DNA of 64,000 bases, from the NCBI GenBank assembly GCA_964035545.1, contig OZ037765.1:5590698-5654697 (forward strand). Direction: 5' to 3'. Below the pieces are notes generated by a model. That model was given only the letters and a program-made list of their open reading frames with translations. It was not told the origin of the DNA and did no database searches. Shown here piece by piece: positions 45,801 through 64,000 of the stretch (position 1 is its first letter; each line of letters opens with the position of its first letter). Both the position numbers and the translations under genes were made by a program. This DNA is from Bugula neritina. Its lineage: Eukaryota > Animalia > Bryozoa.

Positions 45801-48800
45801 TTTTTCTCAGTTGCAATGGTTTTGCTTAAAGATAGAAATGTTCACATTATCATTCTAATCACACTGCCCATAGGTTAAACAGAATTTCTGCATATTTCAT
45901 TCAAATAGCGATCAAAAAAGATTGAAGAGGCGAGAGAAAGGCTACAAAGACTAGAGGAGAGGAGAGTGGAGATTGAAGAATTGCTCAGAGTTGCAGCTGA
46001 TGAAGAAAAAGATGATCTCCTCCTTGAATACGAAAATAAACTGGAGTGTCTTGAAAATCAAAAGAAGGTGTTTGAAGATTTAGAATTTCAACAATTGGAG
46101 GTAAATGACTTGTTACAGACAAAATAGTATTCTATACCTTATAACTAATCAACGTGAGCAGTATTTCAGTCATAACCTTTCGTGATTGATCTTATACAAA
46201 TCACTAAACCCTGAACACCTAAAGTTATTACTTAAAATTAGTGCTAAATGGAAAGAACTACTAATAAAGTTGAGTTTTGATGAGTTAAAAATATTACTTC
46301 AGAGTATTTTATGTTCATTCATTAACTTTTTCAAAGCAAAGCGAACTCTTAAAGAGTTCAATAATTGATTGATAGTCAAAGTTTCACCCTAAGGGGGTTC
46401 TTCTACACTTCTGAGGCTGAAAAGGAAGTCTATTTATAGCTGCATCTATCTAGCTTAGATGGGTGAGCTGATATCTAGCTTCAGGGTCATACATCTTGAA
46501 AAACTTACGAGTTTTTGCCGATCTCTGGAATTAGCACTTAGTAGCAATTTGGGATAGTAATTGCCTTTATAATGAGCTATGTTGAAGTATCATGGGATGC
46601 AAGCAGATTATTCCAACGCAACTCAAATACAGAGAAGTGGTTTAGAATTTTGAGCTCATCGACTAATTATGTAAGGAGTCAGTGCTCTGAGTTACTTTTG
46701 ATTAAAAACGGGAGAGGGTCGTCCTGATTGTAGATGGAGGCCAAGTACGAGGAAGAGAGTGAAGCTGTACAGAGAGATTTAAATGGCAAACAGAACGATC
46801 TCATGAGTAAAATCAAAAGAGCAGAAGACAATCTTGCACAGATGACTCGTCAGCAAACAGACATGATGGAGCAAACTCGAAGCGAGGTTTGTTTGTCTGC
46901 TTTACCAGTTTATATTTGTGCTCAATTACTATGCACTTTATTGTGGTGTTTTTTGTTTGAGTTAGGTTCCTCACTTTAGTTTATGTTCTGAGAAGATAAA
47001 TTAGTCTACATAAATATGAATAAGTCTATATTTAATAGATAAGTAAGTGAGTTTTTAATAGATAAGTCTACAAAATATTGGAAACTATTGGTTGGTTTAT
47101 CCAAATATTTTCAACTAGAAGAGTATAATATTTTGGAGACTAATTGGTTTGGAATGACTCAATTAATGTTAAAGCACTTGAAATGAGACATACAAATATT
47201 TCCATCATGCCAGTGTCTGTCACAAATAGCTCTAAATTATGAATTTGAGCTAATCTCCAGTAAAAAGATACTCAATAGAGAAATGCACACAACTCAACAG
47301 TATTGTAGCTTTTCTTGTACGACAACAAGGTTGCTGAGTATTTTATCATGTGATCATCTGTTATTGTGGATAGAATGTATTGTTGTGGTGGGGCTTTGCT
47401 TAGATATGAATTAGTTGAATGTAGGAACACCTGCACTCAGCAAGCCTCTAGTGCTGCAGCTGCAGCAGACCATTGCTGTAAAGCAGCAATAACAAAATAG
47501 CTGTGAATATTGAGTTTTAACATTTCTAATAAAATTATAAATTATAATCCTAACACTCATTTGCATTGTAAACAGGCTTGTGATGCTACATAATTGCCAG
47601 TATAGCTGGTTTTACAAACATTGCTTGCTGCTATTATTAGCTGCTGTAGATACTATGTGATGCTACATTATAGCACCTGCATTTTAAGTCCACTAAAATG
47701 TCCAATAAAATCAAGTGTCTGGTATTCTTGCAACTTTTATATCTTTTGTACTTTACAAAGTTGAGGTAGATGCAGTAATGCAGAAATTGGAAAAAGCCTG
47801 TGTTCTAGCTAGAAAATATGGCAAAGGAAGTCATGTCCCCATGTCCCAAACCACAATCTACTGTATAAAGAAAGTTCAAAAATTTAGGCTGTTGAAATTT
47901 CTCCACTACTGCACCTTAATAACTTGATTTCAAATAATAACAGTAGCCAAGTATTGTGGGACTTGTTTAGTGTGGATGTATTGTGCAATAAACACCACTC
48001 TGCAGTATTCCTTCTTTAATCTAAACAATATGCTTGCACTATGCTGTATGTAAGGAAATCTTGACATGTGACTTTGTTATAAGTTTATAATCAGCTAGTC
48101 ACTGGCAAAGGACAACTGAAAGCCAATTTCCTTTATCTTCTTGTTACTAAATATAATGCATTATGCTTTACATTTTCGAACATAGAACTTTTAGGAAGTA
48201 TGAAAAGAGAGATCAGAGTTTTAAGGCATTCTCAAGGGGCATCTAAGTTCACAGCTAGCTAGCATTTATTGTAATAAATCATGCCAACTTATTCAGGCAA
48301 ATAATTTAAATGCTTCAGTTGCTATGCACAAAATAAAGATTTGCTAATTATTATTATAGTTAGTACAAGTTAGGTTACAGTTCTCAAACCTGGGGCTATT
48401 GGTTACATAATCTTCTTTTGCTTCTATCTATATATGTATAGAAATGGACTACAAGTGAATATATGTATAATGGGTCACTTTACTTTATTCAGTACACACT
48501 GAATATCTGCATTTTTCGCTTATTTTAAAAAAAATATAGTTGCTAATATTTCTGATTTTGCCTAAACTAGTTATAACGTGTACTATATAAATAATATTTT
48601 CTAATGTTTACCTATGATTTAAAAAAATTGTTTTTTTTAAACTTAATTTTGCCCTAAATTGAAATAGGATCACTAAATAGCAACAGGTGCCTCAAACATG
48701 TTACTCAAATAGTTTGCTTTATTGTTGATTCTTTTAATGCTCTAAAGCTGGTGCTAAAAAAAATTTTATCAAAAATTTGCTCTTCTATTCTTTTTTGAAA

Positions 48801-51800
48801 AAACTCACAATTCTTCAAAAGTTCAATTATTGCTTCCACTGTACTTAAAATTGTACCAAGATTGCCAACCAGTGAGTCCACAGTTTCCAATATTATACTC
48901 TTCTACTTGTTCTATTTGCAGCTTGAGGGAATGGAAAGGCAAAGGAAGATTCTGGTTGGAGAATTTCAGAAAGAAAAACAGAAAATGCTTTCTTTAGACC
49001 ATAAAATAAAAGACATTAGCAAGCATTATGGGAATGGAGTATTGAACAACACCCAGGGCGTAGAGCAAGATGAATTAGTAAGTTGTGTTGAAGTTCAACA
49101 AACCAGTTTTTGGTTTGTAATTATATCTGAAAACCTTTTAAATCTCGTGTTATATTCCTTTGATGAAACAGTTGCTGCTTAAGCTAATGTGACATTAGAA
49201 CATAATTACAAGGTGGCGCAGCAGCTCTAAGCATTAAAATCAACTCATAACTTTATTTGGGCTTCACTGTTTTAGCTGTTGACTTCTCCAGCCACTACAA
49301 TGAATAAAAATCTTCTCTCAAGAATTAAACCTGGTATGTCTTTTATTCCAATAATTTCAGTTTTTAGCACAATGCATATGATTTTTCATATAGATATAGA
49401 TATGGTAAAGGGTTTGCTAATAATGAGTTTTGGTGATATTTTGAGGACTGCATTTAATTTATTAAATAGAAAGACATCTGCAAATATTGAACACCAGGCA
49501 TGCTGTAGAGATGCAGCACTAAGTGTGCTGGTGCTGGGAGTATTATTGAATATTGAAACATAAGTCTGATTTTAAATTTAACTCTAAACAATGTGTGTTA
49601 TAAAATAGTAGTGAACGTGAATGATCAAGCGATTATTGTAACATTGAAAATTGTATCTTTTATTGCCAAGTAACAATTTGTCTTAGCAGAACGACCAAGA
49701 GGTTTCTATGCAAACCTACCACCCGTCAGTTCACGAGGTACATTTGTCATGCCACTTGTGAACTTTGCAAAGGAGTGTTTCCCAAGCACCCACTATAATG
49801 GCAAATGTTTACTGTACAAATGTTTAGTGTAAAAATGCATGAAATTTAGTTTACTCGTTAGATCTTTTGAATTAAAAATTTCCATTCCATTAATCCAAGA
49901 GAACTGTGATTGGTATTGTTTTTGTGCATGAAGACTAATCTAGAGTGATAAATAAGACCTGTTTATTAGTATTAGTATGAGTCCCCATTGGTTTAGAATT
50001 AGTCTGTTGGTTTTGGAAATAATTTGTAACATTCTAACAGACTTCACTCTGCACTGATACACTGGGCTAGTTTAGACTCACTTGCAACTGCAGTTGTAGC
50101 AACAACAGCATCCAAACATCCACTTTCCAACTAACCTATAACATGTGCCAAATATTGATGGATTCTAAAACACTCTAGATAATTACTTTTAATAGAATAA
50201 GATATTTTAGGCTGTTTAGACAATTATGTTGCAAAAATATGAGCAAATATCAAAACAAAGTTTTCAGATGCTGCCAATATTTCTCCCCAGGTGATGTGGT
50301 CATGGAAGAAGAAAGGAAAAGACTTGAAAGTCTGAAACACGCTGCCACGGAGGCTTCTATCATGCAGTGGCACGAGCAGAGGAATCTAGAGAGTCACTTA
50401 CGAAGACGTGCAACTTTAGACTCAGAAGAAGAAAATATGAGCACCAGAAGCAGCGGCACTCCCTCTGATGGTGATAAAATTAGGTAATGGCTGTGTATTG
50501 TTTGTTGTGAGCCAATAAATTTGAATAGTGGTCAAAGCAGTAGCCTCTGCTATAATGGGAACTGTGTACAAATATTTAGTTGGTTTAGTTATAATGTTTA
50601 TGACAGAACTTTTTGTTATGGCTTTAATAGTTGTCAAGCAACTAGTGTATTAGTAGAATTGGTGTCTTTGCTATGGGTAATTGTAATGAGAATTTTGTTT
50701 GGTTGCAGTTACAACAGCAGTATGGATGACCAGGAAAGGTTTGCGGAGCTGCAAATGTTATTGGCTCAGGCAAGACATCATGTTCAAAACGCAGAAAGTG
50801 CTGACTTGGCAATGGAACGCAGACTGAGAATGCAACTAGAACAGCAATTAGCAGAGGAAAAAAATAAAAGAGAAGAATTGGAACAGCAAGTCCATTTGAG
50901 AGATAAGAGCAATCCCAATTTGTCAATGGTAGGCATCAGTGATTGGCATAAAAAATAGAGTTAAAATTAGTTCAGTTCTGCATAAATATATTGTGTAAGT
51001 ATAAAGGAGATGTTTTATGGAAACATAAAAACATTGCCAATAATTGGGTTTATCAAATTGTTGCTTTATTAAATATTGTTGAGTATTTCATATTTTCGAG
51101 TAGTTGTATATCATAGCTGGGTTAACGAAAAAGTGTTTCAATTTTCATGTAATGTATGTGCTTATAAAACATTGAAAGTAAATTATACTCAATTGTGATG
51201 TGTTTGATGAACCAGTGATGAGATCAGTAATAGCATCATTTCTCAACACAATGCTAAAGTTTTTTTAATTTATTGGCTACTACTCTAAATAAACACACAT
51301 TATAAGTTAGTTAAAGTTGCTGGCATGATATCAGTAGTGTACTCACCAATCTGGAGGTGAATTTTGCCTCTCATAAAGATTAGCTGCTGTGGTACAGCTC
51401 TTTAAATTTAGCTTTTAACAGATGCAAACATGTTGTGTATATGCAGCAAAATAAGAAATAATTTTTTCTCTTTTTATAAATTCTAAAAATTAAGATGCTA
51501 CTGAAAATCAAAATCGAGAAAAATTATCGTAAAACTTTCTATTTCAGAGTTGTTTTCTACCTTAGAATATTGTTTTTTTTTACATAAGTTGTTCTGTGTT
51601 AGTCAAGGTAAAATGTTTTGTACATCAGCTATGTTTATAACTATTTGATACTTTCCATTTACAGCGACCTCTAACAAGATACTTGCCTGTAAGAGAAGAA
51701 AAATTTGATCTTAGAAGTCATGTTCTCTCTACGGGTCACAACCTAGGGTTATGTCCATTTGTTGAGGTCACTCCTACGCAGTGTAAAGGGTATCTACTTA

Positions 51801-52099
51801 AGATGGGAACTAAAGGGAAGAACTGGAACAAACGCTGGTTTGTGTTTGACCGGGAGAAAAAAGCACTTTTGTATTACATGGACAAATCAGAATCGAAATC
51901 TCGAGGCGGCATATATTTTCAGACAATAGAAGACGTCTTTGTAGATCACATGAGGAATGTGAAAAGTCCGAATCATAAGTTTACTTTTTGTGTGAAGACG
52001 TACGATAAACCGTATTACTTAGTGGCTAAATCACCAGAAGCTCTCAGCATATGGATAGACGTTATATTCACTGGTGCCGAGGGTTACCAAGAGTTCTAG
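27846..52099 (+). CDS. PHLDB: Pleckstrin homology-like domain family B (LL5/PHLDB1/2-like) FHA + coiled-coil + PH protein, about 1244 aa
   Basis: Exons 27846-27911 (first coding exon uncertain), 31325-31445, 32721-32897, 33857-33982, 34888-35555, 38695-38959, 39260-39849, 44090-44215, 45337-45474, 45909-46100, 46734-46886, 48922-49077, 49276-49333, 49687-49737, 50291-50483, 50709-50928, 51665-52099 (3735 nt, phases consistent). Motifs LKVRTDKPHLVSLGGGRLSTAITLLPL, YFRFNHPEQA, ERLEEILAMCAQY, FEDLEFQQLE, RPLTRYLP, and a C-terminal PH domain ending WIDVIFTGAEGYQEF. Confidence 0.92.
32370..32535. repeat. Degenerate minisatellite of about 33 bp
   Basis: Recurring acactgcattatat(a)ttagytatt(t/c)actgtartaac units. 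Confidence 0.55.
34115..34170. repeat. (TATATATGCATG)n short tandem repeat
   Basis: About 4 copies of a 12-bp alternating purine/pyrimidine unit. Confidence 0.7.
35601..35800 (+). mobile_element. tRNA-derived SINE
   Basis: Pol III A-box TGGTCTAGGGG at 35610-35620 and B-box GGTTCGATCCC at 35655-35665, no acceptor stem, followed by a non-tRNA body (GTTAGGAAAAGCATCCAGCC...). The 3' end is approximate. Confidence 0.7.
42441..42695. mobile_element. MITE family A, copy 2, with a duplicated left end
   Basis: TA-CAGTGCTCCCTCCATATCTCACTAAG at 42472 ... GGAGGGAGCCCCG-TA at 42695. An extra copy of the left end lies at 42441-42471. Confidence 0.8.
42804..43148. mobile_element. MITE family B with about 70-bp near-perfect TIRs, TA-flanked
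   Basis: AGCCTAGGGCCACACGGTGCGTATTTTCGCATGCGAAAGTTGAAATCACAAGTAGCAAAGGTGTCCACTGT is mirrored at about 43078-43148 with about 3 mismatches. Flanks are c-TA...TA-g. Confidence 0.9.
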
Positions 52100-52703
52100 G
52101 CTGTCGGCAGCACACCAAAGCTGCTCTCCCAACTGTATATACTAATACTTATTCTCACTACCATTTAACATGACATTGAAACCTCATATTTTTGCATGAC
52201 CATTTTGTATATCTTGATAAGTACTGAAAACCTTATTAGCTGGTATAATATTTGGAGCAGAGACTTGTGCTATAGGACATAAAATATCCAATGTGTATAT
52301 ATTAATAATATTTATATTCCTTATTAGTGTAGATGTCTTATTTAGCTGCATAATGTAAACCAAAGGACTTGAGGAAATTGCATGTACACACAAAACTGGT
52401 GCTTTGAATATGTCATGGTCTAGCTAATGTTATGCAAATAGAAATATCATTATGTTATTAAAATTCTGCTAGCCATTCATAGGCAAACTTTTGACATTTT
52501 TTACTTTTCAGTTCTAAAAATAGTTACTATCTCAATTGTCACTATAATTGACAATAAGTTTTTTCTTATTTATGAAACATTATATTATAATAATAATATA
52601 CACAACTCTTTTCAAACACTAGATTAAATTAGATCAATTCAAGCATTCTACAAAATTAGCTAGAGGATAGAATGTCCAGTCCATTCCTACTAGTAGAGGT
52701 GTA

Positions 52704-59082
<6,379 letters not shown>

Positions 59083-59660
59083 TTTGAGGTTATTTAACAT
59101 ACATTGATGTGGCAGAATGAAAGCTATATTTTGACAGTATGCGATAATGTTAAACCTTAGATCTCAGTGTACCGCTTATAACCAGGTTTCCTTTATGCAA
59201 CTTGTACAGCGGAATGTTAGGATATAGTAGGTGTTCGAATAAGTCTGTAGTTTATAAGGCTATATTTCACAAATTTTGTATAATTGCAATGTTTTACGAT
59301 TATATCGTGAATACATGCATACCCCCGCACATAATCTTTATGAGTTTATTGAAACAGCTTTAGAAATATTGCTAGAAACAGCCCCAATCTAGGTGTGACA
59401 GAGTACAGTATTTGTATAAACATCGTTGTTCAAACTCCAAAAACCCCAACTCCAAACTTGAGACCCCAAACCAATGCACTCAGTGACCACTAACTTGGTG
59501 CTTTTTCAAGCGATTCTCTTGCGTTTCATTTTATGGCGATATAATTAAATTACAGTGAATGTGATAGTCATAGTGATGGCAATGCCTATTAATCTAACTC
59601 TTTTATTAAATTAAAGCTTTGCAATTTTTCACCAGGCTAATTGAATTGATCATCATCATC
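59083..59660. promoter_or_regulatory. Bidirectional NDUFS2 / BRD8 promoter
   Basis: 578 bp between divergent ATGs (59082 minus, 59661 plus). CpG-enriched core with CCAAT at 59471-59475. Confidence 0.65.
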
Positions 59661-62600
59661 ATGGCGACTCACCCAAGTTAGTAGCAATAGCATTATGATT
59701 ATAAATTTGTCATATTATTATTAATAATAATATCATTATGATTATTAAATTTAATAATTATAATAATACTAATACTAATACTAATAGTAATAAGTAATAG
59801 TAATAGTTATAATCTAAATCATGATGAATAAATTAAATATAATCATAGCAATAATTTTATTTAGTTATAGATTATTATATTAATAAATTTTTTAATACTA
59901 ATTTTAATTATTTTCTCACCTATCTCCACTTTGTCCTGCTCGAATAGCCGGATTAATAGTTATGATAATTTTAATAATATTTATCAAATTTAATACAAAT
60001 TATTTATTAAATTTAAAATTAAAATAAATTAATAAATTGAATTTGATTATCTCATTATCATTATGAATATGATAATGTTAATCAGATTATTATTAAGATT
60101 ATGTCAATGATATTTTATGATTATTATAATCATAATGATAATGATTAACTTTAAGGGATAATCATAATGATAACCATAGTGATAGTCATTTATTATTATT
60201 TATTTAGTTCTATAGAATTGATTTACTTTTAGTTTAAGATTTTGATTATTATGACAACGATCATAACTAATAAGATACTACTAGTACTATGAGTATGCCT
60301 AGGCCTAAGAGTTAGCCTATGGGCTATAGGAATCAGTATGAGTGTGACTGTATTAGTGTGAGTGTGATAGTCATAGTCATACATACTCATACTGAGAGTA
60401 CATGTTTGTAAAACTAAAATTTATTACTATTAGATAATCTAGTACTAGTATTACTATAACTGTTACTAATATTAACTTTAAGCCTTATATGTTTATAATG
60501 AGGATAACCATAATCCATAATCATAATGAGCCTAATTAGGAATTTTTAAGTAATATTATCAAATTCAATATCCTTACACGACACTTCTACTAAGACACTA
60601 TTTAGCTTAAGCTAAAAGTATATACTGCCACTCTCACTTAGTCAACAAATAGTTACCATATTTCAGACTGAGGTATAATTTAGTTTAAAGAATGAAGAAA
60701 AATGTAAGTAAAAAATATATTTTGCAGAATTGATTCGTCAAAAACCGCTTACAGTGTGGTCACTGCGTGAGCGACTAATGCTTGCCTCCTCAGTTCTTCA
60801 AAGTGGAGATCAAAACTGGTTAGTTAATTTGTATTTTTATGAAAATATGTTTAAATAGATTTGAACAAGAAGCAAAAATTAATCGCCAGCCTATGAGGTC
60901 TAGTATTAATCAATTTTTACTTAATTGCATTGATGCGTGTTTTTAAGTTTTGAGCTTTGGTGTAATTAAGACTGCATTGCAGTTTCGAACACAATAAGTC
61001 GTATATTTTTTGTTTATATTAATAATAATGTGGAGACTAGAAGAGTGATTTGTTTGATATTACAGGGTGTCAGTGAGCAGAGCCATTAGGAATCATTCAA
61101 CAGAATCACGGCCTCATGAGTATTTCTCTCAAAAGGCAAGTAGCCTATTAAGCGGTATTTAAAATAGTTTTAGTTTGACAACTGTATTAACTCTAAAATA
61201 TATTTTAATGATGCTTTTTTAAATTTTACTTGTAAAACCAACTTGCTAACTTGTATTGTTTATTTACAATCTACTAGAATTTCTAATGAGCGTTTGTGTT
61301 GTAGAACTGTGCGCTTCAGTATGGAGAACTTTTGGAAAAGGCAGAAACTCCTAAGTAAGTCATGTTTTTTTCCAAAAAAAAGCTAACACTGGAATTAAAA
61401 AATGAAACAAGGGACAAATTTTCTACAGGTTGATTTTTGTGCGACTCTGTTTATTATAGGAGAAAAAGATCTGAAAAGAATGAAGTTATACCAGTTGAGA
61501 CACAGGGTCTTCAAATTGTTAATAAATTGAGACTTGAATATATGCAACACCTGGTTGAGCAAATTAAGAAACAGCAAAAAGACTATTTGTGAGTTGTCTC
61601 CCATGTTTTTATTTGTTTTTCCAATTGGTTGTCTCTTATAGCACCAGGTCTATTACTGAGTCTTGAAAAATTTTGAAGACTTTTTTATAGCAAAGAAGTT
61701 GTATATGATATAAGTTTTTATATTTTGGAAAAGAGGAGACAATATGTAAAATTGAAGAATCTATTGGTTAAGAGATGATAATAAGATTAGAGTTGGTTTC
61801 TACTACTGCAGTTCTAACTCTCTGTTGGCTCTTACAGTCAATTGTCTGATGAGATTGAGATGATTAATGGTGGTCAGTGTGATGAGAAACTGAAAGAGAT
61901 GTGGGAGGAAATACAAGAGTAAGCTTATTCTTTTTTACGCTTTAAAATTAATAAGATGTGCAAAAAGCTTTTACCTATCAAAGAAGCTCAATATTCAATT
62001 TCTTTCTTTCTACTACTCTCTGTTATTTATACCTTATGATGGTTAGGAAGCAGCAAACTGAAAAAGAGAGTGTGGCAACTCCAACGATTAGCCAATCAGA
62101 AACAACTTCAGATCTGGACGTCTCTACTCAAAGTGCAAGCGCACCAGATGTGATGGACACAAGCTCGCAGGAGTCCCAAGAGCAAGACATTGAGGTATTA
62201 CTTACTATATACTCACTGTATACTCGCTGTTTACTTACTATATACTTACTCTATATTTGCTATATACTTACTATATACTTACTCTACACTTACTATTTAC
62301 TTATTATTTACTTGCTATATATTACAATGTACTTACTATATACTTACTCTATATTACTATACACTTGCTATACACATTCCTTTTTAAACTTATCACTGAT
62401 GGATCACAACTTCACAATTTGACTTCAATTTGTATACTACTCAGAATATACTATTACTGTATGTATAGGTTATATTAAGATAATATGTCTTCACTGTGTC
62501 CATGTTATCATTTAGCTCTGCATTTCATGTCTATAAGCATGTAGCAAAACTTCTCTCAATCTGTTGCTGGGTTTGGGTTTTGTGAAGCAATTAGTAGCAG

Positions 62601-62806
62601 ATCACTGCAAGCAATGACTCAATAGTTATATATGTCATTTGTTGGCATTCACTCACCTGCCTCAGGTTGTCAGCTAGTGATTGCAATACATGTTGTGTCA
62701 TGAAGGTGCAGGTGGATGATCAGTGTCCGGAGCCACCCACTGTCAAGGAGGAAGTTGTAGAGAGTTCAGTTGAGCAGCCTGTGGCCAGCGTAGATAACTC
62801 CACAGA
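59661..62806 (+). CDS. BRD8: Bromodomain-containing protein 8 (NuA4/TIP60 subunit), 5' part only; continues beyond the window
   Basis: Exons 59661-59676 (MATHP, phase 1), 60728-60818, 61066-61135, 61305-61354, 61460-61588, 61838-61918, 62047-62194, about 62706/62712-62806. Translation WSLRERLMLASSVLQSGDQNWVSVSRAIR..YFSQKNCALQYGELLEKAETPKRKRSEK matches the BRD8 N-terminal region. Confidence 0.9.
59680..60530. repeat. Degenerate hexamer-periodic tract in BRD8 intron 1
   Basis: aatactaatactaatactaatagt, agtgtgagtgtgatagtcatagtcatac, aatcataatgataatgatt. Confidence 0.7.
62195..62375. repeat. Degenerate (TACTTACTATA..)n 11-13 bp minisatellite
   Basis: Repeated tacttactatata variants directly after the BRD8 donor at 62195. 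Source of the Tyr/Leu-rich spurious ORFs. Confidence 0.8.
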
Positions 62807-63140
62807 GTGAGTAAATTCTATTACACAGCTTTAGATGTTTTTCAAGAATATATTCAACATTTGATACTGCTATCCTATAATATCATTTATGTATATTTGT
62901 ATGCTTGTTGTTTCTAACGTCAAATACAAATAGAAAGATGAAAAACGGAAATAACCCTCATATGCTAAATTATTGTTGTTAACACCTTTTTTTAATGAAC
63001 TAATTTACTTAGTTGAGGTTTAGCAATGCTCTGGCAATAAATTTGCGAGTACCAAGATTTCGATTATGTTTCTTATTTTGTATTTTAAAACAAATTTGTT
63101 TTAGTTTTGGAATTTCTCCTTAATATTGTGATAAAGTAGA

Positions 63141-64000
<860 letters not shown>

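Noticed and set aside
51603-51607. 5-nt microexon (AG|TCAAG|GT) before the last PHLDB exon
   Set aside because: It would shift the frame; the flanking exons already join in phase 0.
60667-60703. Exon-like segment with ATG AAG AAA AAT|GTAAGT before BRD8 exon 2
   Set aside because: It would need a 24-nt intron and is out of phase; the MATHP exon at 59661 fits the frame and homology.

Overview
AT-rich, intron-containing invertebrate (metazoan) genomic DNA; nothing prokaryotic and no CRISPR. By reading splice sites and frames by hand I reconstructed seven genes whose orientations strictly alternate (+ - + - + - +). They are RAP1/TERF2IP (unusually long, about 879 aa), an intronless histone H2A.X, DPAGT1, CHEK1, a PHLDB/LL5-family gene, NDUFS2, and the 5' part of BRD8. 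The window also holds two MITE families, a tRNA-derived SINE, several minisatellites and a terminal (CT)n/(CTCCCT)n tract. The most unusual signal is a degenerate 6-nt-periodic 'A-N-T-N-W-N' tract found roughly 0.1-1 kb from every inferred promoter, including downstream of the intronless H2A.X. Other notable points: H2AX-DPAGT1-CHEK1-PHLDB linkage that echoes human 11q23-24, a variant histone stem-loop, a tandemly multiplied splice donor in NDUFS2, and a GC-AG intron in BRD8. Gene identities rest on remembered family motifs, not database searches.
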